This document shows positions 12,201-24,000 of a stretch of 64,000 nucleotides of DNA, in pieces. Source of the stretch: Antechinus flavipes (lineage: Eukaryota); contig NC_067403.1 of the NCBI RefSeq assembly GCF_016432865.1, positions 241,180,001-241,244,000 of the forward strand, in the 5' to 3' direction. The notes under the pieces were generated by a model. It made no database searches and had not been told where the DNA came from. It was given only the letters and a program-made list of their open reading frames with translations. Made by a program: the position numbers and the translations under genes. Positions within the stretch are counted from its first letter, which is position 1; each line of letters opens with the position of its first letter.

Positions 12201-15200
12201 GGTGCTTTTTAGCTTTGATATCATGCACCTTCTCGGATTAAAAGTTGTCATTTGGAGCTCACCATTACCTCAGGGAGCTTCCTGAGAGCGATTTTAGAAA
12301 TCCCACAAGGCAACTCCTATTCCTTATTTTCCCTGTCTCAGACATCCACAATTTGATCATCCTTTGGTTTTAATTCAGAATTGCTGCCCTAAGTGGGGTG
12401 TTTCCTATTATCTATATCCACTTACTAGGTTAAGGTTAAGAGTAATATGGAGCAGCCCCAACAGGTAGTGAGTGTGTGGTCACAGTGGGTAGAAGTGATG
12501 TTGGCCCACTGTAAAACTGGGGTCATATCTCTTCAGCTTCTCTCATTCCCTGTTTTTTTTTTTTTTTTTTTTTCTTGCTTTCAGAAGCAAAGTCCGCTTC
12601 CTTTTTCTTATACTGGGGGAAGATGATAGGTTGGGGAAAAGGGGGAAACACTTATCTCTTCTGCTTGGCAGGCTCTGGCAAAGGGGATGCTGCTGGGGTA
12701 GGCTGGAAACAGCGTGCATTGATTGGTCAAAGGGAATCCCCTTATAGCATCATTTGGGCTCTCCACCAACATATCCTGGGAGCTCCTCAGCCATCATTCC
12801 ATCAGGTGAGATCTCTTGAAAATGAGCACTCAAGGGAGTGGAAATAGGGTCCTTCAGCCCTGGCTACTCTTGTGGTGACAAATTAGGGGGTAGCCCGCAT
12901 GAGGTGGTTGCATGTTGAGGGCAGGGTCAGATTTTTCTGACTTTACCCTGATCCAAGTAACCAGTCTCTTAGTCAGGGAGGGGAGAACCGTGGCCTACCT
13001 GTAACGGGCTGTGGCTCATATTGGTGATCCGCCTGGTGACTTGGTTGGAGTATCTTCCCAGTCGTAATCCCAGGTGATTCACTGTCTCGAAGCCGAGAAG
13101 ATCAATTCTGCGTGCTCAGCAGCGGGGTGACAGCCATGATAGGGGCAATTGTGGGGGGGCGGTGCTTGGAATTGGGTGTGGATGTGAATGTCTGAGCCCA
13201 CTCCTTCTCTCTGCCACCAGTGTCTTCAGAAGGTCTTTTTGCACTCTTTGGGATCTTATCGACTTTTCCGCACCGCCAGTCCCTTTGATCGGAGAACAAC
13301 CTGCCTGGAATGGCACCCAACTCACCCCAGCACTCTGGCTGTGGGCTCCAAGGGGGGAGACATCATCCTTTGGGACTATGAAGTACTGGATAAAACCTAC
13401 TTCATTAAAGGGGTGAGTTCCTGGGCTTGATTTTGAATGTGAGTCTTTTACTTGGTCCGTGCTTTGGCTTTTCTGATGTGTGAGGCACTAGGGTGGGTTT
13501 CTTAAGAAATGGGTGAGCCAGTTGGGCTGGAGGGAAAACCCCCTGCTCAAATAGAGATTCGATGCTGAAGGTGCCTGGGAGGGCAGAGGTGACAAACTTA
13601 ATTTGGGGACATTAGTATTTAAAAATCTGCAATGGCTCCTGGAAATCAAGCCAGGTATCCTTTGGGAAGCCCCCGAAAGACAAAGGATCTGAATGTTTGA
13701 ATGACTTTAATGTGGGAAAAACTAAGCTAGGCTCCCTTGGGATCTGCCTGTTAGAAAGAAGAGACAAGACTTCAGAGCAAGGGCTACTGGGCAGGCAGGC
13801 AGTAGATCGGGGGCTGAGCCTTGAAGGAGAAAACAGACTCCTCCTAGTGTCATAAAAGGGAATTTCCCATGTCTAAGACTATAGGACTACATTGGGCAGG
13901 GGCAGCTGAAGGGAGAGAAAAAGGAAGGACGGGCCTGGAACCGTAATCCTGGTGCTACCCAGACAGTTCCGGGTCACCGTCCATCTCCATCTCCCCACGC
14001 TCCTTGATTCCCAGGCCCTGTAGCCTTGGAGTCTTCCCTCACTGTCTAGTTTTTGGTATCAGGATTAGGTGCTCTGGTACTAAGCCAGAGAGAGGAAGCT
14101 GTTACCTAGCAATCAGCGAAAGTATTTTTTTTCTCCCAAATCCCTAAAAGCAAGCACCATGCCCCTAGGACTAAGGTATCAAATTCTAATAGAAACAAAT
14201 CCCTGTAGGCCACAGAAAACTTAGAAAACCACAAATTGTCATTATCTGTGCTGTATTTTGTTTTATTAAACATTTCTTAGTTAACATTGAGTCTGGTTCC
14301 TGCTGACCTAGAGTTTTGGGTGGCCCTTGGGCCTTATTTGGACACCTGTGCCCATGTTTGAGTGGCAGGCACTTGTAATCCCAGCCAAGCTGGACCTGAA
14401 GGCAGGAGAGGACTGGGAGGGAAGCTGGATGCTCCTCCCCCTCCTGGCACAGTCCCAGCCCTAGCCCTCACCACTTTAGAGTAGGGACTAGAGCCTAGAA
14501 CAATTCGTTTTGAAATCACTCCTGAGCTACCAAGTCTTAGAAAAAGACTCTGCGACAAGCCAGAGACCAAAAACACCTTGAAACTCCAGAACCACACCTA
14601 AAATTCCAGTGCTTAGTAAAAACAGGAAAAAACCAAACCCCCAGCCTATTCTCTCCAAAGAAACAGTCGGGAATTACTGTGAAAACCTTCAGCAGGCAGG
14701 CTTCTACACGATGGACTGTCTCACGGAGGACGTTTGGCTTGCTTATGGCATGGGGAGATATTTGGTGGAGGATCTGGCCCATCTCCAGGGAGGATTTCCA
14801 CCTTTGGCTGCACCCAGGGAACCAAGAAGTAGTTTAGCCAGGGTGGGTCAGGAAAGCCACAGTCAGCCTCATGGAGGATTTGGCCCCCGGGCTCCATCTA
14901 CTACACATCCCATAAGAAACATTTATTCTGAACCCCTAAAAAAGCACCAGCACACCCCCACCTTCAATGAGTTCAGGATAAAAGCACTTTTCTTGATCCC
15001 TGGGGAGGGGGAATTGGCTAACTTTGTAATGTTGCTCTTTCTCACTAAATACTTCTGTACAAACAAGGTCCTATTTAGGCAAATGTTTTTGTAAATAGAC
15101 ATAGGGAAGTTACCCAAGAGTAAATAAGCTCTTTGGGAGATAAAATCTCAGCTCAGTGGAGAAGAAAATGATCTCAGATCTCACCTTAGATCTCACCTGG

Positions 15201-18200
15201 GGAGTTTGAACTTAGCAGTTTCTAGAGGTAGAGGCCCTAGTAATCAAGGGACCTGTTGGGAGGTGGCTTCTCTGCCTGGGTGAGACTGGGGATTTGCATC
15301 TTTTCTTTCTCCTGTCTCTCTTGGACCCTGCTTCTCTTTCTCCAAAACCCCCCTGTACTCAGTTTTAGGGGGCCAGGAGACACATCTCCCTCCCAGTGAG
15401 CACACAGCTTCTGAAAGTTGTACTTCAGGGAACTGGCCCCGGTGCTGTGGACTTTCTCTTCTGAGGTGTCCTGAGAGCAGCAGCTCTCCTTAAGGCCCTA
15501 AGCTGGGGACAGGTACCACCAGAGTTGTGGCAGATCGTCCCACCGTGGGGGAGCCCCAGTGTTTGACAGGGCTCCGGGCTTGGACTTGGGCAGACCCAAC
15601 TTTTGGGTTGATCTCAGCCTATCTTAGCTATGGCAGTTAACCTCGTTCTGCCTCTGATTGCTCCTCCATTACGTGGGGTAATAATAGTACCTCTTTCACA
15701 GGGTTGCTGGCAAGGATATGCTACCTAGAGTGCTTAGCCCGGTGGTTGCCCCCAATAGGTGTTTGAGAAATGCTTGTTCTTTTTTCCCTCCAATTCTTTG
15801 ATCTCCTAAGCAGATGATCAGTCTGATGTGGCCCTGTGGGAGCTGGCTACTAACCCAGGTCCCTGGCCAGGAGAGGCAGAAGATCCTAACAGTGCCCACT
15901 GTTTACAAAGGCTTTGCTCTTCCCACCCAGGCCCTCGCTCCTTTGGTTGGCACAAGCACAAGCTGGGCAGAGGAGGAAACTGACTCAGGCTGCCTCTGCC
16001 CGAGGCTGGGTGACTAGCGATTAAGGGAGCCGGGCCTAGCCTAGGGTGTCATAGTGCTCCGGCCCAGTCCAGCCAAACTCCCTGAACCAGATTCAAATGG
16101 AATCAGGAAATGTTTAACCAAACAAAAAGACAACATGGATTATGTTTTGTGGTTTTCCAAGTCCATATGCTGCCAGCTGTGATTTCTTTTTGAGTTTCAT
16201 ACCGCCACTCTAGGCTCTGCCCCCCATAGGCCCTCCTGACAAGGAGGGGCAAGATCCCAGTCTGCCTCATATCCGAGAGGCAGCAGATTCCTGGCGTGCT
16301 AGCCAGGCCAGGACTGGAATTGATTGAATGTAGTGTGAGGGTGCCAGGTGAGCAGTTCTTGAAGGGGCTGAGTTGGACTGGGCAGCTGGGCAGCAGCCTG
16401 GGGAAGGCTGGGAAGAGGAGAAAGGCTCAATGGAAGATCCAGGAGACTCATCCCCATCCTTCCAGCCGTAGCTCCTGAAGCCAGCCCTACTCTGAACTTC
16501 CTTGGCCTGTGAACTTGGAGCCTCTGCTGGTGTTGACTGGACCTTGGGGCCCGCTGGCTTTTCTGGAGGCAAGAAGTGGCTCAGGAGCTCCTTGTGATTT
16601 TCTCCTTTCAGATTGGAGCTGGAGGCAGCATCACAAGCATGAAGTTCAACCCTCTCAATACCAACCAGCTGTTCATTTCCTCAGTGGCGGGTACCACCAG
16701 CCTCAAGGACTTCCTGGGCAACACGATTACCGTCTTTACGAGCACAAACACCTGGGAGTAAGCGGCCGCCTATCAAGGCAGAGGGGCTTCCGAGATCCAA
16801 AGGAGCACCCCCTCTCCTTTCCCTTCCTCTGGGGCATAGAAAAAGCTATGGCCATTTTCTTGCTTTGGTGTCTTTTAGTCCTTCCAGCGTGAGGGGTCCC
16901 TTCAGGGACCAGGACTGAGTGGCAAGCCTTTGCTTGGTAGTGTGGGTTGTTCCAGAGGAAATGGCTGGAAACTTGCTCCTCCCTGGAGACATCCCCATTC
17001 CTCTCAATGTGACTCAGGGAGGCGGCCGGCTGGACTGCCTGTCTGACTCAGAAAGAGCGAGTGGAGCCTAGCCCTGGACGTTTGAGGCCTACGCCTGGGG
17101 CCTACCTTTCTGGTCCGTCCAGCAAAAGTCCTTGGGCATGGAGCACCTGTGTCTCTCGGAGGCAGGAAGCTAGACCAGGGCCTGTGTGTGGTGTCGGTTT
17201 ATGGGAGGGAGGAGTTCTCGAGGTCACTCCCCATCATGGATTATTGCCCGATGGGTGGTCAGGTCAGGGCTGCAGCCACCGGCCTCAGGTCCCACTGTGA
17301 CTCTCAGCCGCCTGGCAGACTGGGAGCAGTGACCCATAGCCTAGCCCCAAAGGTCTGAGGCAGCCCGAGCAGAGCGACAAGCTCTCTCTTTTCCTGTTTC
17401 TTGGAGGAGCCAAGAGGCAGGTGGGGGGCTCCAGGCTCTCTGTCTTCTGAGTCTCTGAGAGTCCCCAGTTGGAGGCTTCTCCTCTTGCCTTTCCTTCTGC
17501 CACTGGGTGTATGGAGGGTAGTGAGCTGCCTCCAGGTCCCAGCATCCGCGGCAGCATCACATGCTCAGTTCTGACCCATCTGCCACATCCCAGTCTCAGT
17601 GGCAGGGCTGTGGGGAAGCACGTGGGGAAGGAACATGATCCCATTTCTCCTCCAGCTACTGGTACACCAGTGTGGACGTGTCTGTCAAAAGTCGTGTGGT
17701 GGCCACCGGAGATAGTATGGGCAATGTGATCTTGCTGAACATGGACGGCAAAGAGGTTTGTTCCCTGGAACTCAGAACGCCGGCTCCCTCCCTCTTCCAT
17801 CCTTAGCGCCTGCCACTTGAATTGAGCCCTTTTTCTCTGCAGATCTGGAATCTCAGGCTCCACAAAAAGAAGGTGACCCATGTGTCTTTGAATCCTCTCT
17901 GTGACTGGCTGCTGGCCACAGCCTCGGTGGACCAGACAGTGAAAATCTGGGACCTGCGCCAGATCAGAGGGAAGTCGTCCTTCCTCCACTGGATGCCTCA
18001 TGAGCGTGCTGTCAGTGCAGGTGTGAGGGGAGGGAGGGAGCTGGGTCCACTCCCATTCTGCGGGGATGATAGCGAGCCATTCTCAGGGGCTCTTGAATTC
18101 AGCGGCATGAGATGAGCTTCCCAGAGTGCTCCTGCACAATTTTCACTTGGGTACCGAGCAGAGGGTGGGAGAGAGCCAATCTGAGGGTACCCAGGCCCGG

Positions 18201-20177
18201 CACTGAGGGGACTTCTATTTGTCCAGCTTATTTCAGTCCAGACGGGACCAAACTCCTGACCACAGACCAGCACAGTGAGATCCGGGTGTATTCTGCCTCC
18301 CACTGGGCATGTCCCCAGCATCTCATTGCTCACCCGCATCGCCACTTCCAGCACCTCACGCCCATCAAGGTGAGTAGCAGGAGGCCTTTGGCTCAGGAAT
18401 CGACCTCATGGCAAGGTTCTGGTCAGAACTGTCCTTCCAACATCGGCCAAGGTCATCTTCCAGAACCCTTTCCTTGGGCAGCCACGCTCCTGTCCCTCCT
18501 TGTTTTCTCCGGGGGGCCTCTCTCAGGATTGTCTCAGAGCTCCCTCACCTGGTTCCAGTGACTGCTCAGGTACTGTTCTTCTCAGTCCCGCCCTCCGTAT
18601 GTGGCTCTTCCCAACAATCTTGCGCCATCTAAAAGGAAGTTTGCGGTCTCCCTGCACAGTTGCTTAGCCCAGCCCCATGCCTGGCACCGGTTCCTCCTGG
18701 GTTCCCAGATGCCCAGCATGAGAGTTCTGGGTAGCCTCTCTTGGCCCCCCCCGATCCTTGGCAGGATTTTCTCAGAAACATGAGCTTGGCCTTTTGCTCA
18801 CCGAGACCCCTGTGCCAAGCCAGGCCTTCTGCTCTTCTTCACGCCATTGAGAGCCCCTCTGGAGCAGTTTGTGGATTGCCTTGTACCCTTTGATTCGGGC
18901 CAAATCTAAGCTTCATGGAGGTATCTCCGGGCCCTTGGGCCACATGGCTTGTGTGCTCCCGGGCTTGTGCGGGCCACTCTGGCAAGCAGACCCGCCCAGA
19001 GCAGGCGACCTGCTCCCAGCATCACACGCGCCACTTCTCCTTTTCAAAAGGAGGATTTGTGACGTCTTCCTGTTTTCGGCCTACCTCATCCCTGCCTTTC
19101 CAGGCACCCTCACTAGACTTCATGAGTCTTTGCTTGTACGGGGACTCTCGATCCCCCCTAATTCTAGATTTCAGCTTTGTTTTAGGTGATCGTGAACATC
19201 GATCCGTACTACAGGTTTGCCTGTGCTCCCCTGCCCCGCCTCCAGACCTTTCCTAGTGGTTGGACTAAATCAGTTTGTACACACCCACTTCCACACCAAC
19301 TCACAGCAGAGGGAGGGGGCCCACAGCTGGCAAAGCAGCCTGGCAGAGTGCCTCGTCCGAGGCTCACTCCACTTCGCCCTACCCCTCTCCTTGGCCCTTC
19401 CGGCACCTCTGTCTTCTCCCCATCAAACCACCTGGCTGCCAGGCCCGCTGAGGGTCCAGCATTCTGGGCCCTCCCATCACCACCTGTCCTCCTCTCCCAG
19501 GCAACATGGCATCCTCGTTTTGACCTCATCGTGGTGGGCCGCTATCCAGACCCCAACTTTGCAGGATTCACCCCTCATGAGCCTCGGACGATCGATGTAT
19601 TTGATGGAAACTCAGGGAAGATGGCGTGCCAGCTTTATGACCCAGACTGCTCCGGCATCATCTCGGTGAGGTCCGGGTTTTGTTGGAAATGGGGTGTGGA
19701 GACTGTCCTGGGGCTTGGACCCAGAGGCCCCCAGCAGCTTCCCTTCTCTCACACTCTACTCTTCTTGTCGCCCTCGCAGCTAAACAAGTTTAATCCCATC
19801 GGGGACACCCTGGCCTCTGCGATGGGTGAGTACAAAGGTCTCCTGTCCCAGCTCAGTGACAGCAGTTGCCGGCCTGAGCTCCCCGCCTTGGTCTGTCCAG
19901 AAATAGCCACTGGACGTGCTGCTGGCCAGTTTCTGTCACCGATCTCACCTGACCTCAGGACCCTTAAGCTTCCCGGGGGCCAGTCCCAGGGCCCTGGGGG
20001 GCAGAGAGCAGTGAGCGCTTCCCGCCTGTCCCAGGTTACAACATTCTCATCTGGAGCCCCCAGGAGGTTGTGCGCAGGAAGCAGGAGGGGCTGATGAAGG
20101 CAATGAATGAGCACGGCCTGGGGAGGGGCCGCTCGGTTCACCAGCCCTCCCCTCGGAACCGACCGGGCCAAAACTAG
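8774..20177 (+). CDS. DDB2: DNA damage-binding protein 2 (WD40 UV-lesion sensor, CRL4 substrate receptor), spliced CDS, 454 aa
   Basis: join(8774-8891,12672-12805,13221-13412,16612-16757,17656-17755,17843-18020,18227-18369,19501-19665,19780-19825,20035-20177) = 1365 nt with consistent phases and GT-AG introns. Motifs: [41 protein letters not shown] (FQH wedge), GRYPDP. Confidence 0.97.
9487..9679. mobile_element. hAT-Charlie-type MITE (193 bp)
   Basis: TIRs CAG(G/A)GCTTCTTAAACT (15/16 match); 8-bp TSD GGCTAGAA/GGCTAGAG with central TA. Confidence 0.8.
9910..11300 (-). mobile_element. Ancient L2 LINE fragments
   Basis: Purine-rich + strand with L2-like phrases (GTGACATGGTCAGACCTGTGC, AAGCATTTATTAAG); these account for the low-complexity 238-aa ORF. 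Confidence 0.5.
12672..12805 (+). CDS. DDB2: DDB2 exon 2 ([15 protein letters not shown]1-binding helix)
   Basis: ttggcag acceptor, CAG|gtgaga donor, similar to human SIVRTLHQHKLG. Confidence 0.85.
13221..13412 (+). CDS. DDB2: DDB2 exon 3
   Basis: 192 nt, [10 protein letters not shown]...FIKG, AG/GT flanks. Confidence 0.96.
16612..16757 (+). CDS. DDB2: DDB2 exon 4
   Basis: 146 nt, [19 protein letters not shown]. Confidence 0.96.
17656..17755 (+). CDS. DDB2: DDB2 exon 5
   Basis: 100 nt, [33 protein letters not shown]. Confidence 0.95.
17843..18020 (+). CDS. DDB2: DDB2 exon 6
   Basis: 178 nt, [14 protein letters not shown]...WDLRQIRGK. Confidence 0.97.
18227..18369 (+). CDS. DDB2: DDB2 exon 7
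   Basis: 143 nt, [14 protein letters not shown]...[11 protein letters not shown]. Confidence 0.97.
19501..19665 (+). CDS. DDB2: DDB2 exon 8
   Basis: 165 nt, [18 protein letters not shown]...SGIIS. Confidence 0.97.
19780..19825 (+). CDS. DDB2: DDB2 exon 9
   Basis: 46 nt, [15 protein letters not shown]. Confidence 0.95.
20035..20177 (+). CDS. DDB2: DDB2 exon 10 (terminal, extended C-terminus)
   Basis: [47 protein letters not shown], then TAG at 20175-20177. Confidence 0.9.
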
Positions 20178-20313
20178 CCAGCGGAGGCGGCAGGACCTGG
20201 GCCCAGAAGAGCATGTAAGCACCAGAGAAGGCCCCGGGGCCCCCTCAGGCCAAGGCCCTTTGCCCTGGATGCCTGGAGGGCTCTTCCCCTGAGTCTGGCT
20301 AGGGGGCTGGAAG

Positions 20314-20319
20314 TTTAAT
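20314..20319 (-). terminator. Candidate ACP2 polyadenylation signal ATTAAA
   Basis: tttaat on the + strand. It is the only canonical or near-canonical hexamer I found on the - strand downstream of the ACP2 stop. Confidence 0.55.
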
Positions 20320-20337
20320 TTGGGTTATCTCACTATT

Positions 20338-20343
20338 AATAAA
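20338..20343 (+). terminator. DDB2 polyadenylation signal AATAAA
   Basis: Canonical hexamer 160 nt after the stop, followed by T/GT-rich sequence. Confidence 0.8.
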
Positions 20344-20895
20344 GTTCTATCCACTTTGGAAGTCTGAGTTCTTTGGCCGCAGCCCGGCGGAAGGAGAGGC
20401 CGCTTGTCTCCCCACAAAAACACAAGAAATGCCACCAAGAGTTCAACATTTTCATTCCCCCGGGCCGCAGCCCAGGGCTGTCCAGCTCACGACCTGCGCT
20501 TGCCAGGGGCTTGTGGGGACCCCCCACCCCTTTATGTACATTCTTCAAGCCAGCTCAGGATGTGGGGGGGGCAGCAGCAGTTGACCCCGAGGCTTCTGAC
20601 TCAGTGACCTGGCTATGCTAGGCCTGGGGGTAGTGGGAGAGATGGAGCATCCTGCCCTGGCGCAGCAAGGCCCCATTCTCTGGCTAGGTACTTACCCAGC
20701 ATGAAGCGCCCGTGCTCTGTCCCCCCGAGCCGGGAGGGAGGAGGCAGCAAAGGCGCAGCTGCTGGATGAGGGGGGTCCGGCCTCCCTAGCCGGGCCATAA
20801 TCTGAGGGCGCTCCTGCCTATCGAGTGGAGGGGGGTGGGGGCCAGGGCCCAGCCCACCTCCTCCCCGAAGCTGGAGGGAGGAGGCCCAGTGGTTG

Positions 20896-21029
20896 TCAGG
20901 CGTGGTCTTCCCCATCAGCCACGTGGCGGTACCCCGGAGGCTGGGCCTGCATCCGGAAGAGGACCGTGAGCAGCAGCAGGATGAGCAGGAAGAGGATGGA
21001 GCCGCACACGGCCAGGGCCACAATCACCT
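20896..21029 (-). CDS. ACP2: ACP2 exon 11 (TM helix and GYRHV tail)
   Basis: 134 nt, ends in TGA. Confidence 0.98.
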
Positions 21030-24000
21030 CTGGGGATGGAGAAAGGAGAGCGTCAGGAAAGGAGGAGGGCCTGGGCCGGCTGGATGGCAGAGTGGTCCTG
21101 GGCTCACCTGTGTCCGCCAGGCTGCCCGTCACCTGGCACTCCCGGTCCCAGTCCTCGGGCACGAGGGGCAGAGTGAGGCGCAAGAAGTCTGGGAGGGGGC
21201 AGCTCTGGGAGCACCCGGGCAGGGCCAGGGGCCAGGGAGCTTCGGCGCTGTCGTTCCGGAAGTACATCTCCACCGAGAAGTTCCTGGGGGCGGCAGGAAA
21301 GCTGAGCCTGCGTGCTGGGGTCCCGCCCCCACCTCTGCCCAGGGGAAGCCACCCCAACTCACCCATCATCTTCCTGGTAAAGTTCGAACATGTGGCAGGA
21401 GGCGTAGGGAGCCTGCTCGCCATTGTAGACGTCCAGGGCCATCTGCAGGGCCACCAGCGTGGTGTCGTGCTGCAACGAGAGAGCCGCCACGTCCCTGCCG
21501 GCCCCAGGGCCCTTCCCTCCGCGTCCCTGCTGCCCACCCAGGGACTGGGGAGGCCGGGGGTGCGTGGCCGCGACTCACCGCTGAATAGACCAGCAGCTTC
21601 GGATGCTGGGCGGCCGAGGATGCCCACGTCAGGTTCTTCCGGATCTCGGCCAGGAGGACCCCTGAAGGAAATGGGGGAGACGTTGGGGGGCCGGTGGCAG
21701 CTGTCCGAGCATCCTCCTCCTCACCCCATGGAAGAGCTTCATCTGGAGCTCATGATCTCAGGAGGCAAAACGGACTTCAGGGTGACCACCAGCCCAACTC
21801 AGAGTCCCTGAGAACCGTCAGAACCAGGGCCCGCCCTCCCAGGGCGTCCTGCCAGCTGTCTGGGATAATCGAAGGCTCTGAGGGAGGCTGGTGGCCCAGT
21901 GGAGCTGACTCCACTCATCTTTCAGATTCGGCCTCAGACTCTTACTAGGGACCCCGGGCAAGCCATTTCACCCTGTTTGCCTCAGTTTTCTTATCAGCAA
22001 AATGAAGTGGAGAAGGTGAGGGCAAAGATCCCCAGTGACTGCTGAGAAACCGCCAAGGGGGTCAGGCGGGCAGCGGAAAGGCAGAAGTGACTCTAACTAG
22101 GGAGCTCTCCAGAGAACAACATGGGCGGGAAAGATCAGCCGCTGGCCTGGGGAAGATGGGACTCATGGAGGGCTCTGGCAGAGCCGGGTGGTGGCGGATG
22201 GAGTCTAGTCACAGACACCTGAAACACCGGGGGCACTCTGGGGGCTCTGAGCGGGGAGCAGCGGACCGCCCTTGTCACTCACCCCCCTGGAGCCGGGCCT
22301 TCTCTGTGGGCCGGTACATCCCAAAAAGGAATCGGAAGCTGAGGTCCTTGAGCTGCCGAAGGCGCTGCATGGTCTGGGGCGAGGCCCAGGGTGGCAGGGG
22401 CAGTTTGTGGGTTTGCTGTACAATGTATGGGCAGCTTAGTGTCAGGAAGGCTGGGGGGCCCAGAGCTCCCCAAGTGGCAAATGCTTGTGTGTGCAAGTGC
22501 CCTCGGGAGGGTGCGAGGGAAGGGGAAGAGAGGAGGTGGGGGGCCCAGGGGTTGCCAGCATGTCTGGGAAGGGGGCAGACAAAGAGAGGAAGGCTCCCTG
22601 GGCCTTCTGAGTCAGCAGAATGAGTCCTGGAGAAGTGCTGACGGTTAGGAAACCATTTCCCATGCTGGGGCTCTCCCGCGGCCCTGGGAGGGGAAGCTCC
22701 CCTCAGATGACTCAGCCCTGGATGGGAGGTCCTCCCCTGGCCCCAGCACCTGGCCTGAAGGGTCCCGAGGGGGAGAGGGGGGGTTCGCGGCCCGCACCTC
22801 ACAGAAGAGAGTGTCATAGATGTTCCAGGCCGTCTCCAGCGTCAGGTCGGGGACTCCCGTCTCATTAGCCACCATCTCCAGAAACAGCTGTGAAGGCAAA
22901 CCAGCCGTGGTAACGAGCCCGTTTCCTGCGGGCTCTGCGTCCTGCCCCGATCCCCCCGGCCCCCCACTTACAGCATTGCGGGCGGTTTCATTTTGGTATT
23001 CGGGGGTCTGGCGAGTCTCATTCTGTAGCTGCTCGAACCGAGGACACGGGCCCAGGGGGAACTTGAGCAGCTGTGGCCAGAAAGAGCCGGGCAAAAGGAT
23101 CAGTGATTGGTGAGCCCCGGAGGAGGGCGCCCAGGGGAGGAGGGCCGCCCGCCTCACCTTGTCCTGGGCCTCCGGGACCGTGTGCACAGGGATGGGCTGC
23201 CACGTGATGTTCGGATGGAAGGCCTGCGCCCCCTCCACCGGGAAGAGTCCGGCCAGGTTGGCCTCGGCACTCATGAGGGTGCGGTCAAAGTCTGTGCTCC
23301 GGATGTAAACCTGCGGGAGACAAGTGGGCCAACCTCGGCCGGGCGGCCCGGGCCTCCCAGGACAGAGAGATGGCAAAGAGCGGGGCCTCCCGGCGATCCG
23401 GGGCCTCCCAGGACAGAGAGATGGCAAAGAGCGGGGCCTCCCGGCGATCCGGGGCCTCCCAGGACAGAGAGATGGCAAAGAGCGGGGCTTCCCGGCGATC
23501 CGGGACCTCCCAGGACAGAGAGAGAGCAGGGCCTCCCAGGACAGCGAGATGGCAAAGAGCAGGGCCTCCCAGTGGTCCGGGGTCTCCCAGGACAGAGAGA
23601 GAGCGCGGGACCTCCCAGGACAGAGAGATGGCAAAGAGCGGGGCCTCCCAGTGGTCCAGGGTCTCCCAGGACAGAGAGAGAGAGCAGGACCTCCCAGGAC
23701 AGAAAGAGCGGGGCCTCCCAGGACAGAGAGAGAGAGCAGGGCCTCCCAGGACAGTGAGATGGCAAAGAGCGGGGCCTCCCAGGGCCTCCTAGCAGCCCGA
23801 GCCTGGGCCCGGGGCAGTGAGACAGGAGAACCTGCCGTCCTCGCAGCCCAGGGACAACTGCACCCACGCTTCTAGGACAGCTCCAGCCCAGCTGGTTCAC
23901 TTAGCCGCAAGTCCCAACCACCAGCTGGGCCAGGGCGTGGGGGGAGGAGCCCTCGGGAGGGCCACTCAGGTGGATCTGGGGCCTGCAGGCAGATGTCTCT

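Noticed and set aside
14609-15094. 161-aa ORF in DDB2 intron 3
   Set aside because: Non-ATG start, no recognisable homology and no convincing splice sites.
20825-21811. 328-aa and 231-aa + strand ORFs
   Set aside because: Antisense shadows of the GC3-rich ACP2 exons.
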